A stretch of DNA of 53,241 nt from the NCBI GenBank assembly GCA_000934665.2, contig KZ538695.1, positions 1-53,241 of the forward strand, in the 5' to 3' direction. Below the pieces are notes generated by a model that did no database searches, was not told where the DNA came from, and worked only from the letters and a program-made list of their open reading frames with translations. This DNA comes from Catajapyx aquilonaris (taxonomy: Eukaryota). Positions 22,901 to 34,423 of the stretch are shown here, piece by piece. Position 1 is the stretch's first letter. Every line of letters begins with the position of its first letter. The position numbers and the translations under genes were made by a program.

Positions 22901-25900
22901 AAGTGTTCCGCAGCATTTAGATGGTACAAATCATTCAGCGAGGGTCGGTAGTCAGCTTTCCAAGAGACAGGTTTTCAGACTCATATCTGAGATCTTTAAC
23001 ATCTCCTGTACAGTGATTTTCCAGGAAGATCGCCTCAGAACAGTCGATGACTTAGCCAGAATATGTGGTATCTCCTGTGGTAGTGCCAACACAATTTTGC
23101 ATCGACAGTTTAACCATTTTCACATGCGACGCGTTTGTGCCCGATGCGATGGGCCCCAGGCTGTTAAGGCAGAGGAGGCCAGAGGAGAGGCAGATGTGGG
23201 TGGAGATTTGCAAAGAGTTGCAATGTCTTGTGGCTGCACATGGTTACCGGTGTCTGCTACTCATATTCTTAGCATGTCGCACACCTCCCTGGCTGGGATG
23301 GGGGGCATGTGGGTGGCCTAGTGGCTATGCTACTGGCCAGCCAAGCGGGAGGTCCGGGGTTCAAATCCCGTCCCCGTCACCTTCACTTGGTCGGGTCTTT
23401 TTCCGCTTTTCACCCAACATGTCCGGGCAGAATTGCACTCCCTTCTCTGCCCAGGGCCAAGAGAAAAGGTCTGGTGTTTAAGAGGGTCTGAAATTACTAC
23501 TTAAGAGTGCCTCCCTTGGGAACCTTTCCCACCCCCCCCCCCCCTAAAAGGGCCCCTGGCCCTATCACTTGGTAATACAAACANTTCCCCCCCCCCCCCC
23601 CCCTAAAAGGGCCCCTGGCCCTATCACTTGGTAATACAAACAAACAAACGTGGCTGGCTGGTTTTTTGTTTTTGTTTTTTGTTTTTGTTTTTCAATGGAA
23701 ACAAAACCTCAACACTGAATATTGGTCCTCACTGCCGACCTCCTGGAGCAGGGGCGAATGTGAACCTACTATTTCCGGTGTCAGAATTGCCTAGGATCGT
23801 GGAAGATTCGAACAAGAATTGGTGTGTGAATACTTCAATTCTGGACAAGATGTCATTCACCGCGATTAATGAACAAAGTCTCTTTGTCACATAAAAAATT
23901 AGTCTCAATTTGTTTTGACTCGCCATCCTGGGCCTGAAGGAGGTGCCATCGCAATGGGTACCCTGAATGTTGGTGCCAGGGCAGAGGGGTTTGATGCTCG
24001 CTTCTCATTCCTCAGGATGAGAGTAGGTTCTTACTTCCATTCTGAATATGAAGAAACACCTTTGTGGTCTGCTCCATGGGAGTGATGAAGAGTGCAAGTC
24101 AGCAATAATAAAGGATATCTTGAAGTGGTGGGACTCTTCTTTCCACCACTCTGGTTTGGGCAAAGTGGACCAAAGATTGAACAAATTGTACCAAAGATTG
24201 AACAAATTGTTTGACCTTTGTGGATTGTGGGGCCTACATAGAGAAATTTTAAAAAATATCATTGCTATATCTCTGGCCTTTTTGCTTTTGCAGACTTGTA
24301 TAATCCCCTCGTTTATCCTACCTGACATTTCAGCTAACATCCAAAATTGCATTCTACCCACCTTGTTCAGCATACACCTGAAGCAAGGACCGGTATGCAA
24401 CTCGCTGACTGTGATACAAGTGTTGCTTTTCTGAGGTGCGCCACTTGCTGGGAGCTTCTTGTGCAGCCAACCTCAAGAGGTGGGTATTCAACCACTTGTT
24501 CCCAGGAGTCACACATGCATGAAGCTTTAAACTCATAGGAAAATGTTCCAAGTGGGCATGGCCTGCATCAGTGACTCTCTTGTGGTAGCAACATGGCACC
24601 AGGACAAGCAAAGAAAATTGTGGATACTGAGAAAAAAGTTCCAGTATTGTAGATGAAAGGTCACCACAGCAGTGCAGCCCCACAAGGCAGACTGGAGGTA
24701 GTTGCTCATCTAATATATCCACTGTCCTGAAATTGCATATGTTGTTGCACTTTTTTTTTAAATACAGCACTCGACGCAATATTTATACCTGGTAGGTTTT
24801 GTCTTATTGTGTGTAGAGTTGCAGTGACATGTGCCCAATTCTAAAAGTGTGCTCAACATTGGAATAATAGCTTTCAATGCTTCGTCTGGGTCTTCCAATA
24901 CCAAATGCTTTTGTTGTATGCCATCACATGCAGGTGTGAAATTCTTTGTGGACAGGAGGCGCTTGGCAGCTTCCACATGTGCCGTTTGGGAATCAAGCCC
25001 CAACACTTGAATATTTCCACACAAATGCAATACATTATCCAAATATCCCTGAAACAGATAGTTCAGTTTAACAATAAATGAAATTAAATGTCCCAATAGA
25101 GAATAGAACAAAGGCAGATGAACAAGGTAGTGAAACTGGTAATAAGTTTGGAATAGAATTTGCATTGCAATATTTACTGCTTATTGTTGGGATGGCCCTT
25201 TCAAGCATATTAGTGTGGAGTATCAGTAAGGAAATTTAGAAACTGGAATAATTTAAAGAAACTGGAATGTGCACCCCACCATTTTTCTTCTCTGCTGAAC
25301 ATCATTCTTGCTCTATTTGGTCATTAAATTATGCCAATAAAGAGGAATACAAGAATACAGCAATACAGAGGAAATACAATGCAAATTAAAATGTTCTCAC
25401 CAGACCAGCTCCTATGTCAATCACATGCCCACATTTGTGTGTTTGACACTGTTGCAAAATTAAGTGTGCCAGGCGGTTTACTTCATGTTGCTTCTTAAGG
25501 CTCATATGTTTCTTTATGTTATGCGGAATATTTAGCTCCATTTCACTTTCCAATGAATATTCCCTCAAATGAAGGTAAAGCTGGCAACACTTGTTAACAA
25601 AGCATTGCAATGAAGATGGCCATTCTAACTGCAAGATAAGGAATAATTTAATTTATAAAATACTAATGTGATGTCTATGAGGAACTTATTTAAATTCTTT
25701 TTAAAGCAAGGTTATCTCATTGTGAAAGCATTAAGGGATGGTTGTCCTCACGGCCGAGGAGTGTTGTATACATATACAGGTCTAGAAAGTAGCCCCCTTA
25801 TCACGTGGATCTCCCGAGTCCCACCCGCCAGCTTCTACGCCGTAGTACATGGAGCAACACCCCTCACTGCGATGAAAATTATTACTATTAATTGAGAACG

Positions 25901-27503
25901 AAAGGGGGAACGGAGAGGGGAACGAATGGACCATGCCAAGACCATGCCTACTAGATTTGAATTACCGGTTTGGGAGTCATCGCGTTCCCCCACCAGGTTT
26001 GCTGTATGTGGTCCGGCATAGAGCACTAAAAAAACGAGACAAAAGCGCCTCGAACTCACGTGATGTGGCACCCTACCTAACTACTGATAAGCCTGGGGAG
26101 ATGAAGTGGCGCCGCGGTAACGCGCGCACCCACGGATATTAAGGTCCCGGGTTCAATCCCCACCCGGGGTTCCCACCTTTATCTGTGCAGAGTTGGACCA
26201 TCTCTGGCTTCATTTCGGGTGGCAATTTCCGATAGACTAAGCCACCCGGGGGAGTTCACAAAATAACCGCTAGAGACATTGCACATGCACTTTGCACATC
26301 CCCTCCTACCTACCCTTGGAACAAACTAAATACTATCTTAGTATACCGGTTCCACCCAGATGGTGGTATGCCACCCCCGTAAAGGAGATGTAACTCTCAA
26401 TGGAATAATGCAAAAAAAAATAATAATAAAATAAAAAATGATAAGCCTCTTCTTGCCTCTCAAAAGTCACAGGGGTCAGAGGGGGACACCTATGGGAAAA
26501 AAACGAGTTCCACTGGGGTGGTTGTGCTACTGAAGGTATACTTTCAACCAATGAGGATCAGATGAGAGCATGCCATGTTTGAATGCTTGATTGATGGGTC
26601 AATATGATGTAATATTGTGTCAACAGAAAGGCCACATTTTATTCAGCCCATTCCATTCCCATGCTATCCATTCCATTCCAGGACCAATCTTGCAGGTTCT
26701 TGGTCACATGGTTAATTCGAATTGTTTTGAAAGCACCCTCTACCTTCCACCATGCACTCTCACCCTACATTTACTGTAAACATAATGCAATATCATCCTG
26801 CCATTTCTGACCACCCATGCTGTAGTCCATGATATGGCCAGTCACAGCCAGAATTCCCTCCATAGATCTCTCTTCCCTGCCTTTGACCAAAAGTTGATCA
26901 TAGTTGTAATAGCTGGCAACATTTAACCAATAATAATTAATAACAAAGATAAACCTTCAGGCAAAAGTACACCTTCAGCAGTGCAACCGGGCCTAAGAGT
27001 AATCTAGCATAACCACACCTCTTAATATTACAACCCCCCCTTGCCACAACCGAAAGTAACAAGACTCCACACAATACGGGAGAAGAGGGAAAAGTTATGC
27101 ATTGTTTCTTCCAGGCAGAATCAATAATCAAGTCTCCCTCAATGGCAAGTTACAAAATTAATTTACAAAGTAGTACCATCATTTGCCTCAACTTTTCCAA
27201 TTCAACTGTCTTAGGTAAGTTAATGCTAACCTACTCACTTGATTTTTAATAAACTTGATATAATTATTACTTGTCTCACTAGAATGTAAGTACCTTGGTT
27301 ATTCCATTGACTATCCCATTAAGGTCATCTAGGGTGAATTGTTCAAATGTTGACACCCAAGAGGATGGAATCTTCTCAAGTGTATCTGTCAATAACAAAT
27401 GAGTACCTTTATAGGAATACACCCAGTAATATTCTTCCAGAAAAGTAGTCACTTCTTGGAAGAACAAGTCATAATTGGATAATTCACGAGGAAGATGCTC
27501 CAT
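20000..27503 (-). CDS. METTL25/METTL25B(RRNAD1)-family SAM-dependent methyltransferase, 463 aa
   Basis: Exons 27503-27294, 25628-25401, 25048-24789, 24726-24362, 20328-20000, all GT-AG and phase-compatible (1392 nt). Motifs KKQHEV, VIDIGAGLGYL, VGLHCCGDL, VPCCYHK, YRSLLQ, EHLILAD...YLQE, SPRSLALVATK. The paralogue cannot be resolved by eye. Confidence 0.9.
20521..21910. mobile_element. piggyBac-type non-autonomous element in the last intron of the methyltransferase gene
   Basis: TTAA|ccctgtaccgcgcatt ... aatgtgtgcagtacaggg|TTAA. Contains imperfect inverted arms of about 120 bp (21121-21237 / 21365-21486) and a SINE. Confidence 0.7.
21578..21857 (+). mobile_element. tRNA-derived SINE with a V-domain-like core
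   Basis: A box TGGCCGAGTGG (21587-21597), B box GAGTTCGATACC (21630-21641), core gttctctccgtgttcgcgtgggttttctcggggttctcccgtttcctccc, and a (TAT)n tail. Confidence 0.75.
22592..23928 (+). mobile_element. Defective mariner transposon
   Basis: TA|cgagggccagtcaaaacaaattgagact TIR with an inverted copy at about 23880-23928. Transposase N-terminal remnants (ALRFCFSLKTTAMKAYDML; EDRLRTVDDLARICGISCGSANTILH...MRRVCAR). No catalytic domain seen. Confidence 0.85.
23305..23480 (+). mobile_element. tRNA-derived SINE inserted in the mariner
   Basis: A box TGGCCTAGTGG and B box GGTTCAAATCC. It interrupts the transposase remnant. Confidence 0.65.
26100..26260 (+). mobile_element. Degenerate tRNA-derived SINE head
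   Basis: A-box-like TGGCGCCGCGG and B box GGTTCAATCCC at tRNA-like spacing. The 3' boundary is uncertain. Confidence 0.45.
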
Positions 27504-28000
27504 TATTCAGTTCTCTGCACCTGAAATAAGAAACAATTATTCTTATAAATATCTTGACGCTCATGGGTCTGCATCATATAAAATTTATTTCATTTTTAGT
27601 TACACACATTGTATTCGTTTAAACTAATCACTGCTGCATGACATTTTAACATGTATTTTTCAGTCATTTCCCTGACACACTGCTGAAGATTGACAAATTA
27701 CAGTCCATTGCTTACATTTGTTTCAAAAAATTGTGGATTTCGTCGGCTGTATTTTTTTAACATCTTAAATTACTATGAGCACATAAACTAGACTCCAGAA
27801 GAAATTATTTAACATAAAGCATACTGGGTGTACTATATCGTAATGTAAACTTGCATTGTTAGTGTGAAGTAACTAGTGTCTGGTTCAAAAAATAATTTTC
27901 CATTAGAAAAAAATCCCACCTTTAATAATAATAATGTCAGTAAATAATATAATGCAGCAGTATATAACCATAACAAAAACACTTTTATATTTTGTCAGAT

Positions 28001-31000
28001 TTACAAAGATACAGCGTTCCAACCGTCACTCTTATTTCCATTGTCACTAGGTCCCATACAAACTCTTCCCACATGTTCCGCATGCTTCAAATATTTGTTG
28101 CCTACATGCAGTAAATCCTGCTTATCAACATTGAACAGTTCACGGCGATGAGCCTGAAGCATGTCATCACTGATCCCATTCAAAAACAGGTTCATTCCTC
28201 TATTACCAGGTGCAATGGGAGAATCAACTTGTTGAAAAACACCCAACTTGGCTTCTTCTACATGCTGATCTGTGAAGTTCAATTGGTGCAGCCAATCTAC
28301 GGCCTTGTCAAATGTAGAAAAGGTGGAACTGCGATTGGGGTCTCGATAAGAAAAAAATGAAAGAACACCACCTGAACCAACATGTGCACCTGAACCATAT
28401 GCACCTCCTTTCTCACGAATTTCCCTGTGCAAGAACTGTGATGTGAGCAACTTGGACAGTATTCGCAGTCGGGCAAAGTCAGGATTTGAAAACGGAACTG
28501 CTGGAAGGGCACATGATGTGAAATGCACATTGAGAGGAAGTACAAAATGAATTTTCTCTGACATTGGTTTAAAGCCCGAGGCCACAGTGTGAATGGAACT
28601 GCCTCGGGAATCCCCAGGCAGGGTCTGAACAAACTTTTCCAGCGATTTCAAGGTATCTAATTCACTACCTGGGGACAAGTTCAGAGAGCAACGCAGGTGA
28701 TGCTTGTTGAACACCCTTTTACATATGTCTTGCATTTTTTGTACAATGTCACTAAGGTCTGACATTTGCGCAATTTCTTTTAAACGATTAATATATGTCA
28801 GTCCACCAAACAGTTCCTTAAGCTCATCTGCTGGACTAAGCAGCCCAGCAGCTTTGGTCATGCAGTAGTGATGGCCTATGTGAGTCAATCCATTCACCAT
28901 GTCTGTTGCAGTTTCCTTAACAAGAGTTTCAAATCGGTTCATGTCATGGAAAGTGACATCCATTAGCAACTCCTGGAACAGTTCAAACATGTCTGACACA
29001 TTTCTGTTCAAGCAGTATGACGAGAACAATATCCCCTGTTCAAATCTGTTTACATCATCTACACTTGCTGCAACATGGGGTTTAAATTGTAATCCTCCTG
29101 TTTTCAGTGACACCAGCTGGTCAAACTCCCTAAAACTGTATCGTTTAGTGCCCATTTGTGTAACCACAGTGCAAAAAAGAGGCAATAATGCTTTATGTTC
29201 AACTGGTAAGTCACTGATGTTAAGTATGCCTCTAAAATATGCTATTCCATTTGTAGGCTGAATGGATAACTGCAAAGGTACATTGTTTATTTTCGATTCA
29301 GTCACTGCTGTCCTCTCTACATCAGATTTCAGATCTGAAATGTGCAACATTGGAAGGCACGATGTGTCTACCATCTTACTCTGCTCATCCAGCAATTCCT
29401 GTCCCTGCTTAATGATTTCTGACTTGTGAGCTTCTGACAACCTACTAAGTTTGGTTTGTAAAACAGCTTCCTCAGAAGTTTTCAAATCTGTCTCAAATTT
29501 TTCACTTGGTAACATGGTCAACACCAGTTGGTGAGTGTTGTCAAGAAAGTATTCTTGAATTTTCTTTGATAAGAACAGAGGTTCTTCCCTACGAAAGGCA
29601 TCCAATATTTTGGCAATTTTCAATGCACCTATGACATCTCCATCATGATTCCACAATGGAGTAAGATTGAAGAGCAGCCCAAGTCCAAAATTAGGTGACT
29701 GATGCTTAATTGCCAGCTCAACTCGGTGCAAAATTGCTTCCACTCTATCTTTTGGAAATCCTTCCTTAGCAACGCTCTCAAGTGTGCTACGAACAATTGA
29801 AATCGCCCTATCAAAATCCTGCTCACTCACTCCCTGTAGGCCTACTGTGAATGTTGTGTCTCTGGTATGAGCGTCAAATCCCGAAACTGGAGAAAAACCA
29901 CATGCAATGTTAGGCTCAATCAAGCTCTTGTAAAAGGGTGCATTAGGACCGTCAATCAATAGTTCTGACAACATCTGAAGGACAAAAGATTCATATGTAT
30001 TGGTAATGTCGGACATCAAAAAGCTAACAGATAAGGTTCCCTGCTTTTGTGGATCTGGACTCATGGGATCAAATCGGCTTTCAACATGCTTTCGTCGTGG
30101 TTCAGTCCATTTCGGCTGACATGGAACAGAGGTGTCAATAGCTTTGTAGTCATAATGAGTCAAGTAATTATCATCCACAAATTTCAGATGCTTCTCAAGA
30201 TCAAAGTTCCCATAACTGTAAAACCTAGCATTAGAAGGATGATAATGGTGGGAATGGAAATTTTTCAAATCTCTCCACGTCAGCTCTGGAATTTTGGTTG
30301 GATCTCCACCAGAAACAACACCATATGTATGCGATGGAAGAAGATTGTTTATCAAGTGTTGCCCAAAGAGTTGCTGTGGATCACTGAAAACGCCTTTCAT
30401 TTCATTGAACACTACTCCCTTGATAATTATAGGGCTCTTCTCATTCTTAACATCAGAATGCTCCAAACGCCACCCTTCCTGCATAAAGTCCAACTCACGC
30501 AGTTTAGGCCTGAAGACTGCATCCAGATACACTGACATGAGGTTTTCGTAATCCTGTTCATTCTGTGATGAAAATGGATATATTGTATAATCAGGTCCTG
30601 TCATAGCATTCATAAATGTAGACATAGAACGGTTTAGCATCTTGAAGAAGGGATCCCGGCATGGATACTTCTGACTACCACACAACGTGGTATGTTCAAG
30701 TATGTGAGGAACACCTGTTGAGTCCATAGGTGTAGTTCGAAATCCAATAGAAAACACATTATTAGAATCGTCTCGTGCAATGTGCAAGTACTTTGCCTTG
30801 GTTTTCTTGTGAGTTAATTTTACAGCTGACAGGAACAGTTCTGGAACATCTTCTACAGCATCCACTACAAAACCTTCAACCTCAGTTCCCTTTCTGATAT
30901 TGCTTGCGTGCACATGAGTGTACCTTGTGCTACTAGTTACACTATGACACCATATGTTATGCCATCTGCACAGCTTGTTTATGCTTCTTACTTTCAGCAT
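28001..31000 (-). CDS. PITRM1: Mitochondrial presequence protease (pitrilysin metallopeptidase 1, M16C), 999 aa, single coding exon
   Basis: Uninterrupted 3000-nt ORF. Inverted zinc motif HILEH, RDPFFKMLNRS, FMNAMT, GVVFNEMKG, IREKGGAYG, FSYRDP. Basic, acid-free N-terminus consistent with a mitochondrial presequence. Confidence 0.97.
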   Translation of the reverse strand: MLKVRSINKLCRWHNIWCHSVTSSTRYTHVHASNIRKGTEVEGFVVDAVEDVPELFLSAVKLTHKKTKAKYLHIARDDSNNVFSIGFRTTPMDSTGVPHILEHTTLCGSQKYPCRDPFFKMLNRSMSTFMNAMTGPDYTIYPFSSQNEQDYENLMSVYLDAVFRPKLRELDFMQEGWRLEHSDVKNEKSPIIIKGVVFNEMKGVFSDPQQLFGQHLINNLLPSHTYGVVSGGDPTKIPELTWRDLKNFHSHHYHPSNARFYSYGNFDLEKHLKFVDDNYLTHYDYKAIDTSVPCQPKWTEPRRKHVESRFDPMSPDPQKQGTLSVSFLMSDITNTYESFVLQMLSELLIDGPNAPFYKSLIEPNIACGFSPVSGFDAHTRDTTFTVGLQGVSEQDFDRAISIVRSTLESVAKEGFPKDRVEAILHRVELAIKHQSPNFGLGLLFNLTPLWNHDGDVIGALKIAKILDAFRREEPLFLSKKIQEYFLDNTHQLVLTMLPSEKFETDLKTSEEAVLQTKLSRLSEAHKSEIIKQGQELLDEQSKMVDTSCLPMLHISDLKSDVERTAVTESKINNVPLQLSIQPTNGIAYFRGILNISDLPVEHKALLPLFCTVVTQMGTKRYSFREFDQLVSLKTGGLQFKPHVAASVDDVNRFEQGILFSSYCLNRNVSDMFELFQELLMDVTFHDMNRFETLVKETATDMVNGLTHIGHHYCMTKAAGLLSPADELKELFGGLTYINRLKEIAQMSDLSDIVQKMQDICKRVFNKHHLRCSLNLSPGSELDTLKSLEKFVQTLPGDSRGSSIHTVASGFKPMSEKIHFVLPLNVHFTSCALPAVPFSNPDFARLRILSKLLTSQFLHREIREKGGAYGSGAHVGSGGVLSFFSYRDPNRSSTFSTFDKAVDWLHQLNFTDQHVEEAKLGVFQQVDSPIAPGNRGMNLFLNGISDDMLQAHRRELFNVDKQDLLHVGNKYLKHAEHVGRVCMGPSDNGNKSDGWNAVSL

Positions 31001-31504
31001 GTTGCTTGTTGAGGCAGCTACTGTGTCAGCAACTCTGCAAAATAATAGTTTGGATTATAACTACATGGATGATATTTCAAGGATTTCAATAACAAGTTTG
31101 TTATAGGGTAGCAAGATTCCCCACTGCATAGAAGACAAAGCAACACTAGTGAGATTCTTTGCACATTGACGATGAATAAGTTCAATAATAAAATAATTCT
31201 CCTTAATGGAACGAGCATTTATAAATTTATTATCCTTACAGTAAGCATTGCACTGTATACAGTAGTTCATAGCACAAGTTGAGCCATACTTGCTAACTGC
31301 ATGGCATGTGAATGCCATCATAGCCACAATTCTTATGGGAATGAAAAGACAGCATCCACAATGCACCAGCAAGTATGGCTCAAGCTCAGGCTCACATCCT
31401 GCCTCAACAAGCACTTGTGAACTACACTTAGATCTCAAATGTTAAGATGTGTTCCCAAGTTCACGAGAATTGGTGTTTCCAAGAAATTGAGACTTTTTTT
31501 GACT

Positions 31505-32245
31505 CCTTTAAAATCGGTACTCGGGGTCATGCACGATAAGTCGAGCCTGACAAAAATGGGTGATAGTGTTTCGTCTCATAATTACAAAACTAAAAGCAAC
31601 ATACAAACGATACATATAGCGTCGAGTAGACCAAGGTTGTTCATACTTGCATGACCTTTAACCCGAGTGCTCAGGGTCAGGGCGCATGCGTGGGGGGGTC
31701 AGCAAAATGACCCAATTCTACGGTGAGTGGCGGGCTTCGGGCCGGTAACTTCAGATTGCGTCGACTGAGGACTGGGAAAGTGGGTGTCATTTGAAAGCTA
31801 ACAAACTACACTACAATTCACATTGGCCAACAATCATCGTGAATGATGAGGATTCTGTGAAAAGTGAGCTTGAAGTTGGTGAAAAGTGAAAATTTCATAA
31901 TGTCGTCAAAATAGCATTCGAAAACTCAACAGCATAGATGCATAGAGAAATGCATAGATGAAAGAGCAGCTCGTAAGTAACACAAGGAGCCCAAGAAGTC
32001 AAATGTCGAACGACAAAGAGAGTACAGACAACGAAAGAAAGATGTGGCGGCCAAGTGTATGGATGAGTCACTGAGTACTAGTACAATGCATGACCCATAC
32101 AACATTATGCGCAAGATGCTATAAGACAGACAGTATATGAAGGATTACTTACAAAAGAATCATTGTAATGGTAACGAAACATTATCACCAATTTTTGTAA
32201 CAGTTGACTTTTCGTGCATGCCCCCCAGCACTGTTCTGATTTTAA
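31505..32245. mobile_element. Degenerate inverted-repeat element upstream of PITRM1
   Basis: Imperfect arms of about 80 bp at about 31505-31590 and 32160-32245 (catgcacgataagtc...caaaaatgggtgatagtgtttcgt vs catgcacgaaaagtc...caaaaattggtgataatgtttcgt, rc). Confidence 0.6.
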
Positions 32246-32599
32246 AGACACACATCAAAAACCTGCGGCTTGTGTCCCAACACAACCTAATGCATACAGA
32301 CCAGTCAATGGACAACCAGGGTCTAATTATTGCAAGCTTTGAACACATCTTTAGGCTTTCACTGCACAACTATGAATGTGGTTCAGTATCAAATGCTCTA
32401 CACCTTTTCTGAGTGACCATATATTATGCACATACTGTGCTCATACCTCAACACATGGCCTCACTGTGCTGTTTTTGAACCCTTCGGTATTTTCAACTGG
32501 ATCACTTGAAGATTCTTTTTAAACCAGTCTCTGTACGTCCATGAACTTAAGATGCCGAAAAAGTAATCCATTAATACCCCGAAAGTACAACAAAATTAC

Positions 32600-32965
32600 C
32601 AAATCTTCTGAAGGAACCGGCAGTCAGAATATCCTGGCTCAGTGAATCACTTGGAAGGCAACAACAGTGCAGCTCTGTAGTAACCACACTTCAACAGCAA
32701 CCATTGACCGCGCCAACCAAGGTCTACGTAGTCAGGAGTGCACCATATCATCTATCCTGACGACCTGACGCAAGAGGCTGGTCCTGTTGCCGTACGCACG
32801 AGTCGCGTGGTTTCCTCAAGCATCAGGCTGTGTGTATCATGCGTAGTATCGACTATCGAGTGTGCAAGACTGCAACCGACCGAAAGTCTGCTGCCTGCTG
32901 CCAACCCGATATTATCGTATTTGGGACTAAACGTGTTTCAGATATTAAAACCAGGTAAACCGAGG
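32600..32965. promoter_or_regulatory. Putative bidirectional promoter between PITRM1/METTL25-like (-) and MESH1 (+)
   Basis: Local CpG enrichment at 32700-32920 between head-to-head genes. Outward-facing donors on minus (TTG|GTAATT at 32600, GAG|GTATGA at 32447) and plus (CAG|GTAAAC at 32954, GAG|GTAAAC at 32964). Confidence 0.55.
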
Positions 32966-33187
32966 TAAACAGTACACTCCACGGTACACTGCATCAGTTA
33001 TTCATTCTGGGGTTTCACCAGGTTTCACAAATAAGCTCAATATATATTGGTCTGGCAACATCTGGGCAGCATTGCCACATGTACCAAAGAGCTTGATATG
33101 TTATGATGCCTTGTCATGCAGTCACATGGTATTTGCAATTAGCACTTGTTGCACTTGTATTGTGGTCACAGCTCTCATTAATTTAAA

Positions 33188-34016
33188 ATGGTGAATTCAT
33201 GCTGTGAGGCTGTTGCAAAGGCAATTATACAGTGTACGCAATTTGCAGCTCTCAAGCATGCTAATCAGCGTCGAAAGGACAAGGAACAAACACCATACAT
33301 TAATCATCCTATAGGTAACACAGCAAATTTTATGTGCAGCCCTGCACAAATGTTACTTATTGAAGGTGTGTTCACAAGCTCATGAGAATCTGGCATTGCA
33401 TGTAAGCGCAAGAAGCCAATCCTCAAGACGTGTAGGCTATTTGTCTGTTTACTTCTAGTTCTCACTAAAATGTCTTGAGAGTGCTCAGATACACCAGTTC
33501 TCATGAGCTTGTGAACATGCCTTAAACACTGGGACTGCACTGATCTTTCTATGTTGTAATTACTAAAATAATGTTAGAATTGCTTTTTCAGGTGTTGCAT
33601 ACATCTTGATTAACGAAGCCAACGTGTGTGACATCTCAGTTATACAAGCGGCTCTCCTGCATGATACCGTAGAAGATACAGACACTACATTTGATGAGAT
33701 TGAATTGAATTTTGGGAGCGAAGTTCGAAAGCTTGTAGAAGAAGTGACGGATGACAAAAGCTTGCCCAAATTGGAGAGGAAACGTCTTCAAATCATCCAC
33801 GCAAAAAACGCAAGCCAGAAAGCAAAGTTGGTCAAATTGGCTGACAAATTATACAATCTACGAGACCTAAACAGAGGCACTCCAGTTGGCTGGTCCCAAC
33901 AGCGTGTTACCGAGTATTTTGTATGGGCAAAAAAGGTTGTTGATGGATTGTGCGGCACAAACAGCATCATGGAAAATCTCTTGGATGAAATATTTCAGGC
34001 AAGAAATGTAGTATGA
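33188..34016 (+). CDS. HDDC3: MESH1 HD-domain ppGpp hydrolase / NADPH phosphatase, 183 aa
   Basis: Exons 33188-33314 and 33592-34016 (phase 1, GT-AG). Motifs FAALKHANQRRKD, PYINHPIG|V, AALLHDTVEDTDT, EVTDDKSLPK, VKLADKLYNLRDL. Confidence 0.96.
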
Positions 34017-34423
34017 TAGAATTTCTTCTTTGTTCAAACGTAGAAGCTCATGGTTTGAAAAATGTGGAAGTATACAAGGTATTTCAAAATGACAAATGGT
34101 GTCATGTGGTAGTAGCCGAAGAGCTCAGCCATCATGTAGCTATGTTGGTTTTGGGGTTTAAAAATTTAACATTTTTAAATGCCCAAGCACAACTTACTTT
34201 TGACATGAGGTAATACGTGGTGTGGCTAAAAAGTTTGGTGAATGTTCATCTCATGAATATCTCAAATACAATGCATGTGACAAGTTTGAGAATGAACACA
34301 GACATTCAGGGACATGTCTAGAAGCACCGCCTAGCGTGGAGTACGCATGGCTGAAAGTGCACTGCTGCCGCAATCATTCGAGTGCAGTCTGTGTGAGAGG
34401 TAGCATCACACAGCAATGCTTAA

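Noticed and set aside
23526..23645. Tandem duplication of about 59 bp
   Set aside because: The copies are separated by a single N and start in poly-C, so this is most likely a contig-overlap artefact.
24005..24434. Opposing 128-131 aa ORFs
   Set aside because: They lie mostly in a methyltransferase intron, include a 21-bp tandem duplication and have no recognisable domain.
28148..30551. ORFs of 65-162 aa overlapping PITRM1 in other frames or strand
   Set aside because: Shadow ORFs of a long coding sequence with no recognisable motifs.
33188..34016. Bacterial SpoT/stringent-response gene or horizontal transfer
   Set aside because: It has a spliceosomal intron and the standard metazoan MESH1 sequence and length.
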